Of a DNA stretch of 64,000 nucleotides, positions 10,994-19,693 are shown piece by piece. The position numbers and the translations under genes are program-made. A model generated the notes under the pieces. The model searched no databases, was not told the origin of the DNA, and was given only the letters and a program-made list of their open reading frames with translations. Numbering within the stretch: position 1 is the stretch's first letter; each line of letters begins with the position of its first letter. Source of the stretch: Aquiluna sp. (GTDB lineage: Bacteria; Actinomycetota; Actinomycetes; Actinomycetales; Microbacteriaceae); NCBI GenBank assembly GCA_021741585.1, contig JAIOXN010000001.1, forward strand, positions 609,059 to 673,058. Reading direction: 5' to 3'.

Positions 10994-11050
10994 GGGGTTC
11001 TCCTTGGAAAATTGGGGTGGGATTTTGCCATGCGACAATGCCCCTAAATT

Positions 11051-11647
11051 CTAGTTGACTCGGCGCCTACCCTCAAAGGCTCTACCCAAAGTCATGTCAT
11101 CCGCGTATTCCAGATCGCCACCGACGGGAAGTCCAGATGCCAACTTTGTAACGGAAATCTCCATCGAACCAAGGAGGCGAGTGAGGTAGGTGGCGGTTGC
11201 TTCACCCTCAAGATTTGGATTCGTGGCCAGAATGACTTCTCTAATGTCTGGATCAGCCAGTCTCTTGAGTAGATCTTTGATTCGAAGCTGGTCTGGCCCA
11301 ATTCCAACAATCGGCGAAATTGCGCCACCTAGAACGTGGTAGACACCGCGGAATTCTCTGGTGCGCTCAATTGCATTGATGTCCTTGGATTCCTCAACCA
11401 CACAAATCAAACCAAAATCACGCTTTTGATCGGAGCAAATTCCACACTTATCAGACTCGGAAACATTCCCGCAGGTTTGGCAAAAACGAACCTTCTCTTT
11501 GGCTTCGCGCAAAACCTCCGAAAGTGTTTGAGCAACATCGTTGTCCTGCTCGATCAGATAGAAGGCAATGCGCTGGGCAGACTTGGGCCCAACTCCAGGA
11601 AGTTTTGCTAGCTCATCAATGAGCTCCTGAACGATGCCTTCGTACAC
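11051..11647 (-). CDS. recR: Recombination protein RecR.
   Basis: Zinc finger [16 protein letters not shown]; Toprim region; 198 aa. Confidence 0.9.
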   Translation of the reverse strand: MYEGIVQELIDELAKLPGVGPKSAQRIAFYLIEQDNDVAQTLSEVLREAKEKVRFCQTCGNVSESDKCGICSDQKRDFGLICVVEESKDINAIERTREFRGVYHVLGGAISPIVGIGPDQLRIKDLLKRLADPDIREVILATNPNLEGEATATYLTRLLGSMEISVTKLASGLPVGGDLEYADDMTLGRAFEGRRRVN

Positions 11648-13419
11648 TACTTATCCCGCTCTTTTAGAGGTGTAGCTCCAAGAATTTCGCGAAGCACAAA
11701 CTCACCGGCTTTTTCCTCGGAAGCTGGCTGCGATGGAGCCACGATCTGAGGAATAGCCTCAGTCACGTCTTCTTCCATCTCCTCAGGCTCGGTGAATTCC
11801 TCGGCGGGAGTTGGTTCAACGATCGGCGCAACTGGGTTCACCTCAGGAGCTTCGGCAACCTTGGCGCGGTATTTGACCTTCACACCCATGTTCTCAAAAA
11901 TGACCTGGCGCAAAACTTCTGATGCACCTTGAGAGTTCTTGAAAGCATCTACATCTTTTTGAGACTGGAACAAAAGCGTCAAAACTTCATCCGAGTAATC
12001 CAAAACCTTGGTGGTGAAAGCAACCGCCCAAGCTGAGCGAGATTGCTTTGCCAAGGAATTCAAGATTGGCTCCCAAGCATTCTTGAAGCCTGAGGTGGAG
12101 AGATCAGCAACAACCTTGGCTGATTTGACGCTTTCAGGTGCAGAGCTTGTTTCCGGGATGGAAGCCTCCGGCGCACTCACTGCTTGAACAACTGGAGCCT
12201 TTGTGGCAGCAGGTTCTGCAGATTTTGTTGGCGCCTTTGGCTCTGCAGCCTTGGCCGGCTGAGTTGGAACCTCGACTGCGGCAGGCGCCTTCTTGATAAC
12301 ACTCACCTGCTCGATAGATGGAGCCAGGACTCTTGCGCAAAGCAGTTCTAGCTGAAGCCGTGGGTTTGAAGCGGCTGTGGTGTCACCCAGGGCCTTGGAT
12401 GTGGCTTCTGCAGTTTGGGTCAACTGTCTCAAACCAAAGCGATTTGCCTGAATTGTCAAAGTCTCGAACTGCTCTGGGCCTAAGCCTCGAAGAATTGCTT
12501 TGGCTCCGTCTCCGAGCGATGAAACCAGCATCAGATCACGGATTCTCTCAAGAAGGTCCTCAAGGAATCTCCTGGCGTCTTGACCTGACTGGATGACCTT
12601 GTCGACTGCCTCAAAAGCTTTTGCAGGATCGATCTCTGCAAAGGCGTCAATCACCTCGGACATTAGTTGATCGTGGGTAAAGCCAAGCAAGCTAACTGCA
12701 CGTGGGTAGGAAATTTCGTTTGTCTCGCTGCCTGCAATCAACTGGTCCAAAAGTGACAGCGCGTCACGCACGCTACCGCCGGAAGCTCTGACCACCAAAG
12801 GCATAACGCCACCTTCAGCGGTGTACCCCTCCGATTCCAACAGGGTGGTTAGGTATTCAAGCAACTCCCCCGGAGGGACCAAACGAAATGGATAGTGGTG
12901 AGTCCTGGAACGAATTGTTCCAATAACCTTTTCCGGTTCGGTTGTTGCGAAGATGAACTTCACGTGGGCTGGCGGCTCTTCGACGATCTTTAGTAGTGCG
13001 TTGAAGCCCTGCGGGGTAACCATGTGGGCTTCATCCAAAATGAAAATCTTGTAGCGATCGCGCGCTGGGGCAAAAACTGCTCGCTCACGCAGCTCTCTGG
13101 CATCGTCAACACCGTTGTGAGAAGCAGCGTCAATTTCAACTACATCTAGCGAACCAGAACCGCCCCGAGAAAGCTCGATGCAACTTGGGCACTTGCCACA
13201 AGGGGTATCGGTGGGGCCCTCTGCGCAGTTCAAACAGCGCGCAAGAATTCTTGCCGAGGTGGTCTTACCGCAACCCCTGGGACCGGAGAAAAGATAAGCG
13301 TGATTCACCCGGTCTGAACGCAAGGCCGCCATTAACGGATTGGTTACTTGAGTTTGCCCAATTAGCTCAGAGAAAGACTCTGGGCGGTATCTGCGATAAA
13401 GGGCGGTGGTCACCCACAA
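11647..13419 (-). CDS. dnaX: DNA polymerase III subunit tau/gamma.
   Basis: Walker [10 protein letters not shown]; zinc module CGKCPSC; DEAH box (ILDEAHMV); proline/alanine-rich linker. Confidence 0.9.
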   Translation of the reverse strand: MWVTTALYRRYRPESFSELIGQTQVTNPLMAALRSDRVNHAYLFSGPRGCGKTTSARILARCLNCAEGPTDTPCGKCPSCIELSRGGSGSLDVVEIDAASHNGVDDARELRERAVFAPARDRYKIFILDEAHMVTPQGFNALLKIVEEPPAHVKFIFATTEPEKVIGTIRSRTHHYPFRLVPPGELLEYLTTLLESEGYTAEGGVMPLVVRASGGSVRDALSLLDQLIAGSETNEISYPRAVSLLGFTHDQLMSEVIDAFAEIDPAKAFEAVDKVIQSGQDARRFLEDLLERIRDLMLVSSLGDGAKAILRGLGPEQFETLTIQANRFGLRQLTQTAEATSKALGDTTAASNPRLQLELLCARVLAPSIEQVSVIKKAPAAVEVPTQPAKAAEPKAPTKSAEPAATKAPVVQAVSAPEASIPETSSAPESVKSAKVVADLSTSGFKNAWEPILNSLAKQSRSAWAVAFTTKVLDYSDEVLTLLFQSQKDVDAFKNSQGASEVLRQVIFENMGVKVKYRAKVAEAPEVNPVAPIVEPTPAEEFTEPEEMEEDVTEAIPQIVAPSQPASEEKAGEFVLREILGATPLKERDK

Positions 13420-13463
13420 AGCCTAATTGCTTTGACCGACATTGAATAACAGCCTGTGGATTG

Positions 13464-13724
13464 TTATTTCTTGAGCTTATAAGTTGGGAAATTTGTGAGC
13501 AGCTGCTGCTCCTTTTTCCACTGCGGAAATAACAGTCCAGCCGGGCAGTAGTTCAGAAGACCGGTTGCAATCATTAGCATCCCGAGCGGCAACCACAAAA
13601 GGCTCCAACCTAAGTTTGAAAGTGCTACGAACAGCAAAAAAGAGCCCATAAAGACTCTGGCTGCCCGACCCCAAGGTCCAGACATAAAGCTGATTATTTT
13701 GCGATTGGTTGGGGTTAGTTTCAT
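13464..13724 (-). CDS. DUF2892 (YgaP-like) small membrane protein.
   Basis: 86 aa, two TM helices, conserved NYCPAG motif near the C-terminus. Confidence 0.5.
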   Translation of the reverse strand: MKLTPTNRKIISFMSGPWGRAARVFMGSFLLFVALSNLGWSLLWLPLGMLMIATGLLNYCPAGLLFPQWKKEQQLLTNFPTYKLKK

Positions 13725-13774
13725 TTATTCTCCTGAGTCCAATAATTCAAACACAGGATCTGGAAAAAGATTCC

Positions 13775-13880
13775 CAATAGGCGACCCCCCGTGCACCCAT
13801 CAGAGCTCGGTTACCCTTGCTATCTCTCGATCCTGGGGGATTTGGCCTAGGTGACGCCACACGGGGGGTCGAAAAGTATT
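13775..13880 (-). ncRNA. ffs: Signal recognition particle RNA (small/4.5S type), candidate.
   Basis: On the minus strand, the long closing helix CGACCCCCCGUG pairs with CACGGGGGGUCG. The domain IV-like core reads CCAGG-AUC-GAGA(GNRA tetraloop)-GAU-AGCAAGG. Its position immediately upstream of dnaX is the conserved ffs location. Confidence 0.55.
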
Positions 13881-13890
13881 CTACGCCCTG

Positions 13891-14748
13891 CTAAACCCGA
13901 GCCAGAAGCCAATCGGTGAGGTCAGCAGTTGCATCTTCCTTGACGAGGTCATTGAGCAGTTCGTGATATGCGCCGGGATAAAGCTTTAGCTCTTTATCCA
14001 CCGAACCGATTGATTCGTATAGCGCAATGCTTGCGGTGTGGTCGGTTGAGGTGTCTTTATCCCCGTGCATGATCAAAGTTGGCACCTTCCAGGAATCCAC
14101 CTTGCTCCAAACCTCATCGGAAATCTCGAGAACAGTTTTTGCAACCAAATTCTTTGCTTTTCCCTGGAAGAACATTGGATCCGAAGCGGCAACATCAACT
14201 ACTTCTTGATCCCGAGAAAGAGCCTCGAGTCCTGGTCTTGGGAGTGGAATTGGAGCATTTGGCAATAGCTTTCCGAGGGTTGAACTCAGAACCCTCTCCC
14301 AGGCTTGCGATGGTTGATGCATGGCCGAACTGCCAATCACGGCCCCTGCGATATTCGCAAAATTTCTCACGACACTGCCCGCTGTCACCAAGCCACCCAA
14401 AGAGTGACCATACAAAACAGTAGGGAGATTTCCCATCTGGGCTCTTGCCTTAAGGTGCAGATCAACACCTTGCTGCAGATCAATCAATCCGCGAGCGCCG
14501 TCACTTTCGCCGTGACCCGGTAGGTCAAACGCATAAACATCAAATCCCAGGTCGTTTAGTTTTGGAATTAGCGCATTGTATTGATTCACATATCGCTTGG
14601 AGTACTCTCCCAAACCATGCTGCAAAAGAACCTGAGCTTTTGCAGATTCAGCTCGCCAAATAAACCCAGCTATGCCGGATTCTAGATTCCATGTTTCAAA
14701 TGCGTGATCGCTCATACCCTCAGAATACGCCCAGGGATATCGTGTCAA
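13891..14748 (-). CDS. Alpha/beta hydrolase (lysophospholipase/monoacylglycerol lipase-like).
   Basis: Nucleophile elbow GHSLGG; HGLGE oxyanion region; 285 aa. Confidence 0.7.
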   Translation of the reverse strand: MTRYPWAYSEGMSDHAFETWNLESGIAGFIWRAESAKAQVLLQHGLGEYSKRYVNQYNALIPKLNDLGFDVYAFDLPGHGESDGARGLIDLQQGVDLHLKARAQMGNLPTVLYGHSLGGLVTAGSVVRNFANIAGAVIGSSAMHQPSQAWERVLSSTLGKLLPNAPIPLPRPGLEALSRDQEVVDVAASDPMFFQGKAKNLVAKTVLEISDEVWSKVDSWKVPTLIMHGDKDTSTDHTASIALYESIGSVDKELKLYPGAYHELLNDLVKEDATADLTDWLLARV

Positions 14749-14780
14749 GCCAAAGACCGCTAAACTCTTCGGAGTACCAA

Positions 14781-14868
14781 GGAGAATTCGCCTAGTGGCC
14801 TATGGCGCACGCTTGGAAAGCGTGTTGGGTGCAAGCCCTCGGGGGTTCGAATCCCCCATTCTCCGCCA
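14781..14868 (+). tRNA. tRNA-Ser (anticodon GGA), including the encoded CCA.
   Basis: Cloverleaf by eye: acceptor GGAGAAT/ATTCTCC; anticodon stem CACGC/GCGTG with loop TTGGAAA; long variable arm; T-arm GGGGG-TTCGAAT-CCCCC. Confidence 0.9.
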
Positions 14869-14925
14869 GCAACTCCCTTGATTTATAGCCTCAAAAGGCT
14901 CTTTTGATAGGGAGTTTTTGTTTGA
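14869..14925 (+). terminator. Stem-loop plus T-run downstream of tRNA-Ser.
   Basis: aactcccttgat...gggagtttttgtttg with a nested agcc-tcaaaa-ggct hairpin. Confidence 0.5.
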
Positions 14926-14963
14926 GTTGCAATTGCAAGAGGTGGGCAAGGTATTTGCTGAAA

Positions 14964-15725
14964 TCAATCGAGGGGCTTCTGATGGTCAGAGCTTTCTAGC
15001 CAGTCATTAAATGTGGTTTTTCCCACAAGAGTTTCGCCCCTGCCACGCAAATCGCCTGAAGCCATGCCTCTTCCAAAAACTCCCGGAAGCGGAAACTCGA
15101 GAACCAATTTTTTCAAACCGTCGAAAGCGATCTGCCTTCGAGCCAGATCAGCTAAAACTTCATTTCTTGGACCAACCAAATCCTTTGCGCGCTCAAGTGG
15201 TTTTCCTTCTGCGATGTCCACAAGATGTTGCCCCACTTCCCTTGCAGCCACTGGTCGCATAAGGCATGTTGGAAGAAGCGCAATCGGTCCAGGCATACTT
15301 TGCAGTTGCTGGGTGACGAACTCATGAAATTGGGAGGACCTGGCAATGGTGTATGGGACTGTTCCTTTTTCGACGTTTCGCTCTTGTTCGAGTTTCCCCG
15401 CGTAGTAGCCATCGTCAATCTCATCGATACCGACGATCGATAAAGCCACGTGGTGTTTCACCCCGGTTTGCGCTTCTGCGCTGAAAAGGTTGTCTGTGAC
15501 AGTTGAAAAGAACTTTCGGGCAGCTCTGGCACTCAGCGTAGTTTTATTGGTTACGTCCAAAACTACATCCACGCCATTGAGAGCCTCTATCAAACCCTCG
15601 CCAGAAATCAAATCAATGCCATTTCTTCGGGAAATCGAGACAACTTCGTGTCCTCGGTTTTCGGCAGCCGTGACGGCGAACTTACCCACTAGTCCAGCCC
15701 CACCGGCAACAGCAATCTTCATCGA
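14964..15725 (-). CDS. NAD(P)-binding NmrA/atypical SDR-family protein.
   Basis: The likely start is MKIAVAGGAGLVGK (Rossmann GxxGxxG); the ORF-track extension to 15803 is probably 5' overcall. Confidence 0.6.
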   Translation of the reverse strand, partial: SMKIAVAGGAGLVGKFAVTAAENRGHEVVSISRRNGIDLISGEGLIEALNGVDVVLDVTNKTTLSARAARKFFSTVTDNLFSAEAQTGVKHHVALSIVGIDEIDDGYYAGKLEQERNVEKGTVPYTIARSSQFHEFVTQQLQSMPGPIALLPTCLMRPVAAREVGQHLVDIAEGKPLERAKDLVGPRNEVLADLARRQIAFDGLKKLVLEFPLPGVFGRGMASGDLRGRGETLVGKTTFNDWLESSDHQKPLD

Positions 15726-15908
15726 TAACCTCCCTCTCCAAGATAAGACTCGAGAACTGAAGTGTCCAATTCTGCCTGGTTTATTCGTCGGTTTGCCAGC
15801 CAATGGCGTAGAAAGCTGGCGTAAAAAGTGTTTCTTGCCTTATCAACCTCAGTATTTATGCGGACACCAGGATGGTGGGTCGAATCAAGCATTCTCCGCC
15901 AGAAACTG

Positions 15909-16277
15909 TTACCCGAATTTATTAAGCCAGACTGAAATGGCGATCTTCAATGACTCCCATTCAAAATGCTCATCAACGGTGATCACGCATCTATTTGCAT
16001 CTGCCCACCTGTGATTGAGTTCATTGACTTCAAATTTCAGGCTTCTCGACGCAGGTAGTTTCTTAGCTCCAAGATGCAGAATGAGCTGAAAAACCGGCTC
16101 GGGGAACAGGCGAAAAGTGAGGACATTTGAACCCTCGAGTTTGAAGCTTGGGGCATTCCATTTGATTTCTGATTCCAGCATTTCGAACTCGGCACAAATT
16201 CTTGAGTAGAGACGAGCTATCTCCTCTTTACGGGAGTGCTGCAAATCTGCAAGAAATACATCCAAGTCTGAACTCAT
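15909..16277 (-). CDS. DUF1801 (YdhG-like) domain protein.
   Basis: IKWNAPSF motif characteristic of DUF1801. The ORF track extends to 16433, but the conserved domain begins near MSSDLDVF. Confidence 0.45.
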   Translation of the reverse strand: MSSDLDVFLADLQHSRKEEIARLYSRICAEFEMLESEIKWNAPSFKLEGSNVLTFRLFPEPVFQLILHLGAKKLPASRSLKFEVNELNHRWADANRCVITVDEHFEWESLKIAISVWLNKFG

Positions 16278-16457
16278 TTCAATGCTCCTCATTAGCCAAG
16301 TTAATGTGCTCGACACTACTCCAGGCTTCACTGTGAGGCGACACGGGTGATTTGCAATCTCTAGAGAAGGCATATTCCGGAAGGTAGCCTTTGGGCTCCA
16401 AGGACCCGCAAGTTGGCATGAATCCTGCGACAAGTTGCAAAGCGACTTGGCCGGTCT

Positions 16458-16736
16458 CTAGTTTTTTGGCTTCTTTCGGAAGATCTGCTTAATCCTGGCG
16501 ACTATTCTTTCTAGTCCTTGAACGCCTTGCTTGTTGAGCTCCCTTGCCCATTCAATCTCAAGGGCAAGAATTGAAAGCCCAAAGAAAATAAATAGGATTC
16601 CAGGGCCAGGGGTGACCATCATCACAAGCCCCATAAGCAACAACACTGAACCAAGAATGATCGTTAGAGTCCAACGGACAGGGTGGGGCAACTTGGCGAG
16701 AAAACTCTTGATCTTGTTCAAGCCATCACCTTCCAA
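16458..16736 (-). CDS. PGPGW-motif small transmembrane protein (TIGR02611-like).
   Basis: 92 aa, two TM helices, MVTPGPGILFIFFG motif. Confidence 0.5.
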   Translation of the reverse strand: MEGDGLNKIKSFLAKLPHPVRWTLTIILGSVLLLMGLVMMVTPGPGILFIFFGLSILALEIEWARELNKQGVQGLERIVARIKQIFRKKPKN

Positions 16737-16939
16737 ACAGTGTCACCAATCTAATTCATCGACATCAAGATTTGCTGATACTTCAGAAGTTGAGATATTT
16801 CGACACTCAGCAATCCAAACCTCAGGGACCATTGCCACATCAGACCAAGCACTTGCATCAGCGGGGAATGATCTCGGACTGCAGGTTCTTGCACCATTTG
16901 CTCTATAAGCACGCAATCAGATGTGGCTAGTGTTGAAGA

Positions 16940-17347
16940 ATGTTGAGATTCCAAGTCCAAGCCCACCGTGTGGATGAAAAGGGTGCTGAGCTCACAACCA
17001 AGGAAGCTCGTCTTACCCTGGACACCAGCATTGCTGGAAGAGTAGATGCGCTAAACCCCGTTGAGTTGCTACTAGCCTCCCAGGCCGCTTGCTTTATAAA
17101 AGGTATTGAACGCCTTGCCCTCACCTTAAACTTTGATTACACCGGGGTTGAGGTGTCGCTCGAGGCAGATAGACCAGAGGATCAAGCTCGTATTTCACAG
17201 CTGAGATATCAGATACAGATCGATACAAAGGAAAGCGATCAGAGACTCGAGCTTTTGCACAAAAACCTGAAAAAGCAAGGCACCATCTACAACACGATTA
17301 GCGCCGGGACCGAGCTAATTGGCTCGGTTGCTAGATCAAATAGGTAA
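16940..17347 (+). CDS. OsmC/Ohr-family peroxiredoxin-like protein.
   Basis: NPVELLLASQAAC motif with the conserved Cys; 135 aa. Confidence 0.7.
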   Translation: MLRFQVQAHRVDEKGAELTTKEARLTLDTSIAGRVDALNPVELLLASQAACFIKGIERLALTLNFDYTGVEVSLEADRPEDQARISQLRYQIQIDTKESDQRLELLHKNLKKQGTIYNTISAGTELIGSVARSNR

Positions 17348-17356
17348 ATTGGAACC

Positions 17357-17707
17357 ATGAGCACACCAAATCCTTATGCATCAAGCGACTACTCTCCAGA
17401 AACCGAAAAGCTACTTTCGGTTGCCATTCACCTACTAGCTATCCCATTTGAGTTTTTCGCACCGGTGATTGGCTACTTCGTTTTCAAGGACAAGGGTCCG
17501 TTCATTAGTCACCACGTTAAAGAGTCGATTAACTTCAGCATCACGATGCTTTTGGTCGTGGTAGTCCTCGCGGTTTCGATTATCGGCTGGGCATTCCTTT
17601 GGGCACCACCGATCTACTGGGCCATCATGAGAATCATCGCAGCGGTGAAAGCTGCTCAAGGTGAGTTCTATAAATACCCATTCACTCTCAGGTTGATAAC
17701 TTCCTAG
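17357..17707 (+). CDS. DUF4870-like small membrane protein.
   Basis: 116 aa, two or three TM helices; pattern typical of the DUF4870 family. Confidence 0.45.
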   Translation: MSTPNPYASSDYSPETEKLLSVAIHLLAIPFEFFAPVIGYFVFKDKGPFISHHVKESINFSITMLLVVVVLAVSIIGWAFLWAPPIYWAIMRIIAAVKAAQGEFYKYPFTLRLITS

Positions 17708-17723
17708 AGCAAGTCTCAAGTAA

Positions 17724-17760
17724 CAAAAGAACCCCTGATTTTCATCAGGGGTTCTTTTGT
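17724..17760. terminator. Bidirectional rho-independent terminator between convergent genes.
   Basis: aaaagaacccctgat-tttc-atcaggggttcttttgtt: perfect 11-bp stem flanked by A-run and T-run. Confidence 0.7.
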
Positions 17761-17969
17761 TAGCGAACTAAATTGGTCCAAGCCAAACTCAGCAGGAATA
17801 GACCTGCGCTGAGAAAGGCGAAGCCAAGCCCAAGACCCATCGGTGATCTCCAACCATGCCAACGTTCTTGATAATCAAAACGCTTTCTGGTCCAAGAGTC
17901 CCTGAGTTCAACCCAGTCCGACATTTCCTGGAGGTTCTTTTGTTTCTTTTCCTCGTTCATGTTCTTCAC
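17760..17969 (-). CDS. Hypothetical small membrane protein (69 aa).
   Basis: Lys/Glu-rich N-terminus and a single C-terminal TM helix. No family recognised. Confidence 0.3.
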   Translation of the reverse strand: MKNMNEEKKQKNLQEMSDWVELRDSWTRKRFDYQERWHGWRSPMGLGLGFAFLSAGLFLLSLAWTNLVR

Positions 17970-18188
17970 TTTCTTCGAATCGATTTGAGTGAAGCTGAAT
18001 AATCAACATAAAAAGGCTTCGGAGAAAATCTTAGCCGTTGGATTTGCGATAAACAGGGGCTTTTTGTCTGAATTGATATGCGCTTACAGATTTCTGAAAT
18101 TCTCCTGCTGTGCATCAACTGCCCAAGTTTTACCTGAGTTTTGCGTCAAATCATTAAGAAAGTTAACTCGTCGCTTCGTCGTGAATAT

Positions 18189-18202
18189 TGGGAACGCTTC
18201 CA
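18189..18202. promoter_or_regulatory. LacI/CebR-type operator (TGGGAACGCTTCCA), distal site.
   Basis: 14-bp near-palindrome matching the CebR-box form TGGGAGCGCTCCCA. Lies in the AT-rich leader 120 bp upstream of the SBP gene. Confidence 0.55.
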
Positions 18203-18281
18203 GTTGCCTCAGGCTCATAACATATGCATAACAAGTCATATTCCAAGCGATATTTCTCTTGTTTCTCACTATGTTTCTCTG

Positions 18282-18295
18282 TGGGAGCGTTCCCA
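18282..18295. promoter_or_regulatory. LacI/CebR-type operator (TGGGAGCGTTCCCA), proximal site.
   Basis: Second copy of the same 14-bp motif, 27 bp upstream of the SBP start codon. Confidence 0.55.
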
Positions 18296-18322
18296 TAACT
18301 ATTTCCACGAGAGAAGGAACAC

Positions 18323-19618
18323 ATGGCTACAGCTAAGCGCTACATGGGTTTCGTCAGCCTCGCAGCCGCATCAGGATTAATCCTGTCGGGGTGTGCAGCT
18401 ACGACTGAAACTTCATCAACCAGTTCAGCGTCAAACGGAGGCACAGAAGCCTCTGCAGACCAGAAGGTACTTCAGTTCTGGGCATTCGGCGACATGGGTC
18501 TAGGCGACCTAATCGCTGAGTACGAAGAAATGAACCCAGACATCAAGATCAACATGAAGGTCAGCGACTTTGACCCTCACCACCAGGGTCTATTGACCTC
18601 CCTTGACTCTGCAGCTCCAGACATCGCTGCAATCGAGGTTGGCTACTCATCTTTGTTCAAGGCTGTTGCTGGCAAGTTCACTGACCTTGCAGAGTACGGC
18701 GCAGCTGATGTCGCAGGTGACTACCTCGACTGGCGCTGGAACCACGGTGTTGACCTAGACGGTCGCATTTTCGGTATTCCTACCGATGTGGGCCCAATGA
18801 CCATTTGCTACCGCTCCGACCTATTTGCTGAGGCTGGCTTGCCAACCGACCGCGACGAGGTAAGCGCTCTATGGCCAACCTGGGAAGACTTCATTGCAGT
18901 TGGCGAGCAGTATGTTGCCGCAACTGGAAACAAGTTCCTTTCTTCAACCGGTTACGTATGGAACGCAGTAAAGAACCAGTCCACCGAGAAGTTCTACTCG
19001 GCTGACGGCTCAAGCTTGATCTACGAGACCAACCCACAAATCCAAAAGGCATGGGACCTATCTGTTGCAGCGACTCCAATCGCAGCAAACATTGGTGACT
19101 GGACTGCCGACTGGAACGCTGGTATGAACAACGGCGCTTACGCCGTTCTTACCTGCCCAGCTTGGATGATGGGTTACATCCAGGGTCAGGCTCCTGACCT
19201 TACCGGTGCATGGGATGTTGCAACAATGCCTGAGGGCAGCGGCAACTGGGGTGGCTCACAGCTAACCGTTCCAGCACGTGCACAGTACCCAGAAGAGGCT
19301 GCAAAGTTCATCCTTTGGATCCTTTCTGCAGAGAACCAGTTGAAGCTATTCAAGGCAAGCGGACAGTTCCCATCGACCCTTGCAGCATACGAAGATGCAG
19401 AGCTACTTGCATTTGAGAGCGAGTACTTCAACAACGCTCCAGTTGGATCAATCTACGCAGAGGGTGTCAAGCAGTTGGCTCCAATCTACGAGGGTCCAAA
19501 AGAGCGCGTCATCGACCAGGAGTTCGGTGCAGCACTTGGCCGTATCGCCAATGGCGACCAGTCTGAGGCTGACGCCTGGGCTGAGGCTGTAAACAACATC
19601 AAGCGCGATGTTGGCTAA
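18323..19618 (+). CDS. Sugar ABC transporter substrate-binding lipoprotein (CebE/BglE-like).
   Basis: Lipobox LILSGC; family-1 extracellular solute-binding architecture; 431 aa. Confidence 0.8.
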   Translation: MATAKRYMGFVSLAAASGLILSGCAATTETSSTSSASNGGTEASADQKVLQFWAFGDMGLGDLIAEYEEMNPDIKINMKVSDFDPHHQGLLTSLDSAAPDIAAIEVGYSSLFKAVAGKFTDLAEYGAADVAGDYLDWRWNHGVDLDGRIFGIPTDVGPMTICYRSDLFAEAGLPTDRDEVSALWPTWEDFIAVGEQYVAATGNKFLSSTGYVWNAVKNQSTEKFYSADGSSLIYETNPQIQKAWDLSVAATPIAANIGDWTADWNAGMNNGAYAVLTCPAWMMGYIQGQAPDLTGAWDVATMPEGSGNWGGSQLTVPARAQYPEEAAKFILWILSAENQLKLFKASGQFPSTLAAYEDAELLAFESEYFNNAPVGSIYAEGVKQLAPIYEGPKERVIDQEFGAALGRIANGDQSEADAWAEAVNNIKRDVG

Positions 19619-19633
19619 TAACTAAAAACAAAC

Positions 19634-19669
19634 GCCCCATGGTCCAGGCTCCGGCTTGGGCCATGGGGC
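19634..19669 (+). other. Intercistronic mRNA hairpin between the SBP and permease genes.
   Basis: gccccatggtcca...tgggccatggggc, a 13-bp stem with one G-U. No T-run follows, so it probably acts as a stabiliser or partial attenuator rather than a terminator. Confidence 0.5.
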
Positions 19670-19693
19670 ACCCAACCAGCAAGAGGATTTTCA

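Noticed and set aside
11647-13419. Programmed -1 frameshift site in dnaX (gamma subunit production).
   Set aside because: No A AAA AAG heptamer with a downstream hairpin was found. The nearest A-rich stretch (CAAAAAGAT near 11935) is not a canonical slippery site.
15490-16014. 174-aa plus-strand ORF between the SDR and DUF1801 genes.
   Set aside because: It overlaps the 5' end of the minus-strand SDR gene and the DUF1801 gene, has no recognisable motifs, and is likely spurious. The interval is better explained as over-extended starts of the two minus-strand genes.
16751-16966. 71-aa minus-strand ORF in the PGPGW/OsmC divergent gap.
   Set aside because: No motifs, overlaps the OsmC start region, and this gap is the expected divergent promoter. 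Likely non-coding.
14869-18322. Integrase/att repeat defining a tRNA-Ser genomic island.
   Set aside because: Only a 7-nt match (ATTCTCC at about 18100) to the tRNA 3' end, and no integrase or recombinase ORF. Insufficient to call a mobile element; reported only as a possible accessory islet.
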